From a virus (lineage: Duplodnaviria; Caudoviricetes), in the IMG/VR virus record IMGVR_UViG_3300037851_000393, positions 1 to 42,604 of that record: DNA of 42,604 nucleotides; one strand, written 5' to 3'. Every line of letters starts with the position of its first letter. Positions within the stretch are counted from its first letter, which is position 1. Under the pieces are notes generated by a model. That model was not told the DNA's origin and ran no database searches. It worked only from the letters and a program-made list of their open reading frames with translations. The translations under genes and the position numbers were made by a program. Positions 41,258 to 42,604 of this stretch are shown here, piece by piece.

Positions 41258-42061
41258 TTAGGCCCCTCCGATGAAGTTACGAACCTTCTTCATCGCCTTT
41301 TTCAGGTTGTCCTGATAGGTGCGCAGGTGCTGATACTCGCTCGCGACGTGGAAGTCAATACCGCGGCGGCGGGCCTCTTGATCGCGCCAGCTCGACGTAA
41401 GCGCGCGCTCACGCTCCTCGGGGATGGTAGTCGGGCGCGCCCCCGCGAAGCTAGGGTGCCATACCTCGGCCTCCCCCATGCGCCACCCCTTCTCGCTCTC
41501 GACGATGGGCGGACGCGGGAGCGCATCGATCTCCTTCAGCACCTTCTCGGCCTTTTGGATTCGACCTTCGGATTCCTTGATCTTGGTCTCCCAGCCGCGC
41601 GCGGTCTTCACCGCTGAAGTCATGCCCTTGAACGTGGTCTTGTCCGTGATGCCTCCGAGGATTTTCTCCGCACTACGAACCCCCTCCAGCGTCACGCTTC
41701 CATCCGGGTGCTTCACGTAGTAGTGGTGAACGATCTCACGGCCGGTGCCCGTCGAAAAGCCAGACTGGTCCCAGTCGCTCACGCGCTTGGCGACCACACC
41801 CTCGTCGGTTCCGGTGTCCACGTCCGCGATCATAGACTTCCACTCGTAGCCGACGATGGCCGTGCCAGGCACGGAGCCCTTGATGGCGTGATTCAGTCTC
41901 GACTTGGCGGGCACCGAATCATCGACATATAGTGCTGATTCTTCGCGTACGCGCCAGTCGCCAGACTGCGCCACTCCCCGCCCAGCGCCTGAGCCGCTTC
42001 GGCTAGACGTCCACTGGCCTCCGGTCGGGTTTCCCGCAGGGACGCGAGGCTGGGTGCTCAC
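41258..42061 (-). CDS. Hypothetical protein with QPRVPAGNPTGGQWT leader, 267 aa
   Basis: GTG at 42061 overlaps the methyltransferase stop (GTGA), placing the motif at the N-terminus; the longer track ORF overlaps the upstream gene. Confidence 0.7.
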   Translation of the reverse strand: MSTQPRVPAGNPTGGQWTSSRSGSGAGRGVAQSGDWRVREESALYVDDSVPAKSRLNHAIKGSVPGTAIVGYEWKSMIADVDTGTDEGVVAKRVSDWDQSGFSTGTGREIVHHYYVKHPDGSVTLEGVRSAEKILGGITDKTTFKGMTSAVKTARGWETKIKESEGRIQKAEKVLKEIDALPRPPIVESEKGWRMGEAEVWHPSFAGARPTTIPEERERALTSSWRDQEARRRGIDFHVASEYQHLRTYQDNLKKAMKKVRNFIGGA

Positions 42062-42604
42062 CTGCTCGCTCGCAGCGGGAAAGCGTTCGCGCGGCGGGCG
42101 ATCAGCGTGCCGCGACCCGAGTAGCGCATGTCGTCGAAGTGCCATACGTGCCACCCAGTATAGTCGAAGTCCTGCATTCCGTGCATCGCGTAGTTGTCTA
42201 CGACCAACCAACCGTTGGTCGTAAGCTTCGGTACCGCGACCTTGGCCAGCTCCAGGCGGTTGACGATCCGCCCGCGCCGCAGCGTTGGGTCGGCATGGTC
42301 CACGAGGAGCAGGTCGAAGCTCGCGTCAGGCATCGCGGCCACGCGCTGGAGCGCGTCGGCGTGTGGCGTCGCGATCAGCTCGACCTTGCCGCGGACCCCG
42401 TGCCGTTCGAGTGCCGCAGCGGTGGCCGGCGCCCAAGCCGGGTCGGTCTCGACGGACGTAACGTGCGGCACGCGCTTCGCCCAGAAGATAGTGCTGCCTC
42501 CGGACCCGAGTTCCAGGACGCGGTTTGGGTATCGCGCGTCTCGCATCTCGGATGTCTCTTTTCGGAGCACGCCGGGCTGGAGGATGTACTGCTCCAGAGC
42601 GATC
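42058..42604 (-). CDS. Class I SAM-dependent methyltransferase, 5' end outside the window
   Basis: VLELGSGGST, VTSVETD, FDLLLVD, LTTNGWLVVDN; the frame is open to the window edge. Confidence 0.9.
   Translation of the reverse strand, partial: IALEQYILQPGVLRKETSEMRDARYPNRVLELGSGGSTIFWAKRVPHVTSVETDPAWAPATAAALERHGVRGKVELIATPHADALQRVAAMPDASFDLLLVDHADPTLRRGRIVNRLELAKVAVPKLTTNGWLVVDNYAMHGMQDFDYTGWHVWHFDDMRYSGRGTLIARRANAFPLRASR

Noticed and set aside
37025-42604. GTs and methyltransferase as a DNA hypermodification pathway
   Set aside because: Disfavoured, not excluded: no hydroxymethylase or TET/JBP-like gene was seen, the genes lie in the late module, and the GT motifs match peptide-acceptor enzymes better.

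Overview
A high-GC tailed-phage (siphovirus-like) or prophage late region. Almost all real genes are on the minus strand, and many are translationally coupled by ATGA/GTGA/TGATG overlaps. In transcription order (right to left): (1) an accessory block of about 11 kb with a SAM methyltransferase, two glycosyltransferase genes, ADP-ribosyltransferase-fold proteins, ThyX, SLOG and small Cys-rich ORFs; (2) a split MuF/gp7-like minor head gene, scaffold, P22-like major capsid and decoration proteins; (3) neck genes, two paralogous tail-tube-like genes, a tail chaperone with a -1 frameshift and a 1516-aa tape measure; (4) a large tail-tip/fibre region with LamG-like domains and a papain-like peptidase. 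No terminase, portal, integrase or holin was recognised in the window. Two candidate novel systems stand out. First, a glycosyltransferase with the motifs of mucin-initiating polypeptide GalNAc-transferases, plus GT4 and methyltransferase partners, co-occurs with Ser/Pro-rich (SPSASx)n tracts in seven late-region, probably virion proteins, suggesting a phage-encoded mucin-like glycan coat. Second, four otherwise unrelated proteins share the N-terminal leader MGD[KR][PQ]GHxFRGNQ[WY], three of them with ART-like domains, suggesting leader-tagged, virion-packaged effectors. All functional calls come from motif recognition by eye; no database search was run.
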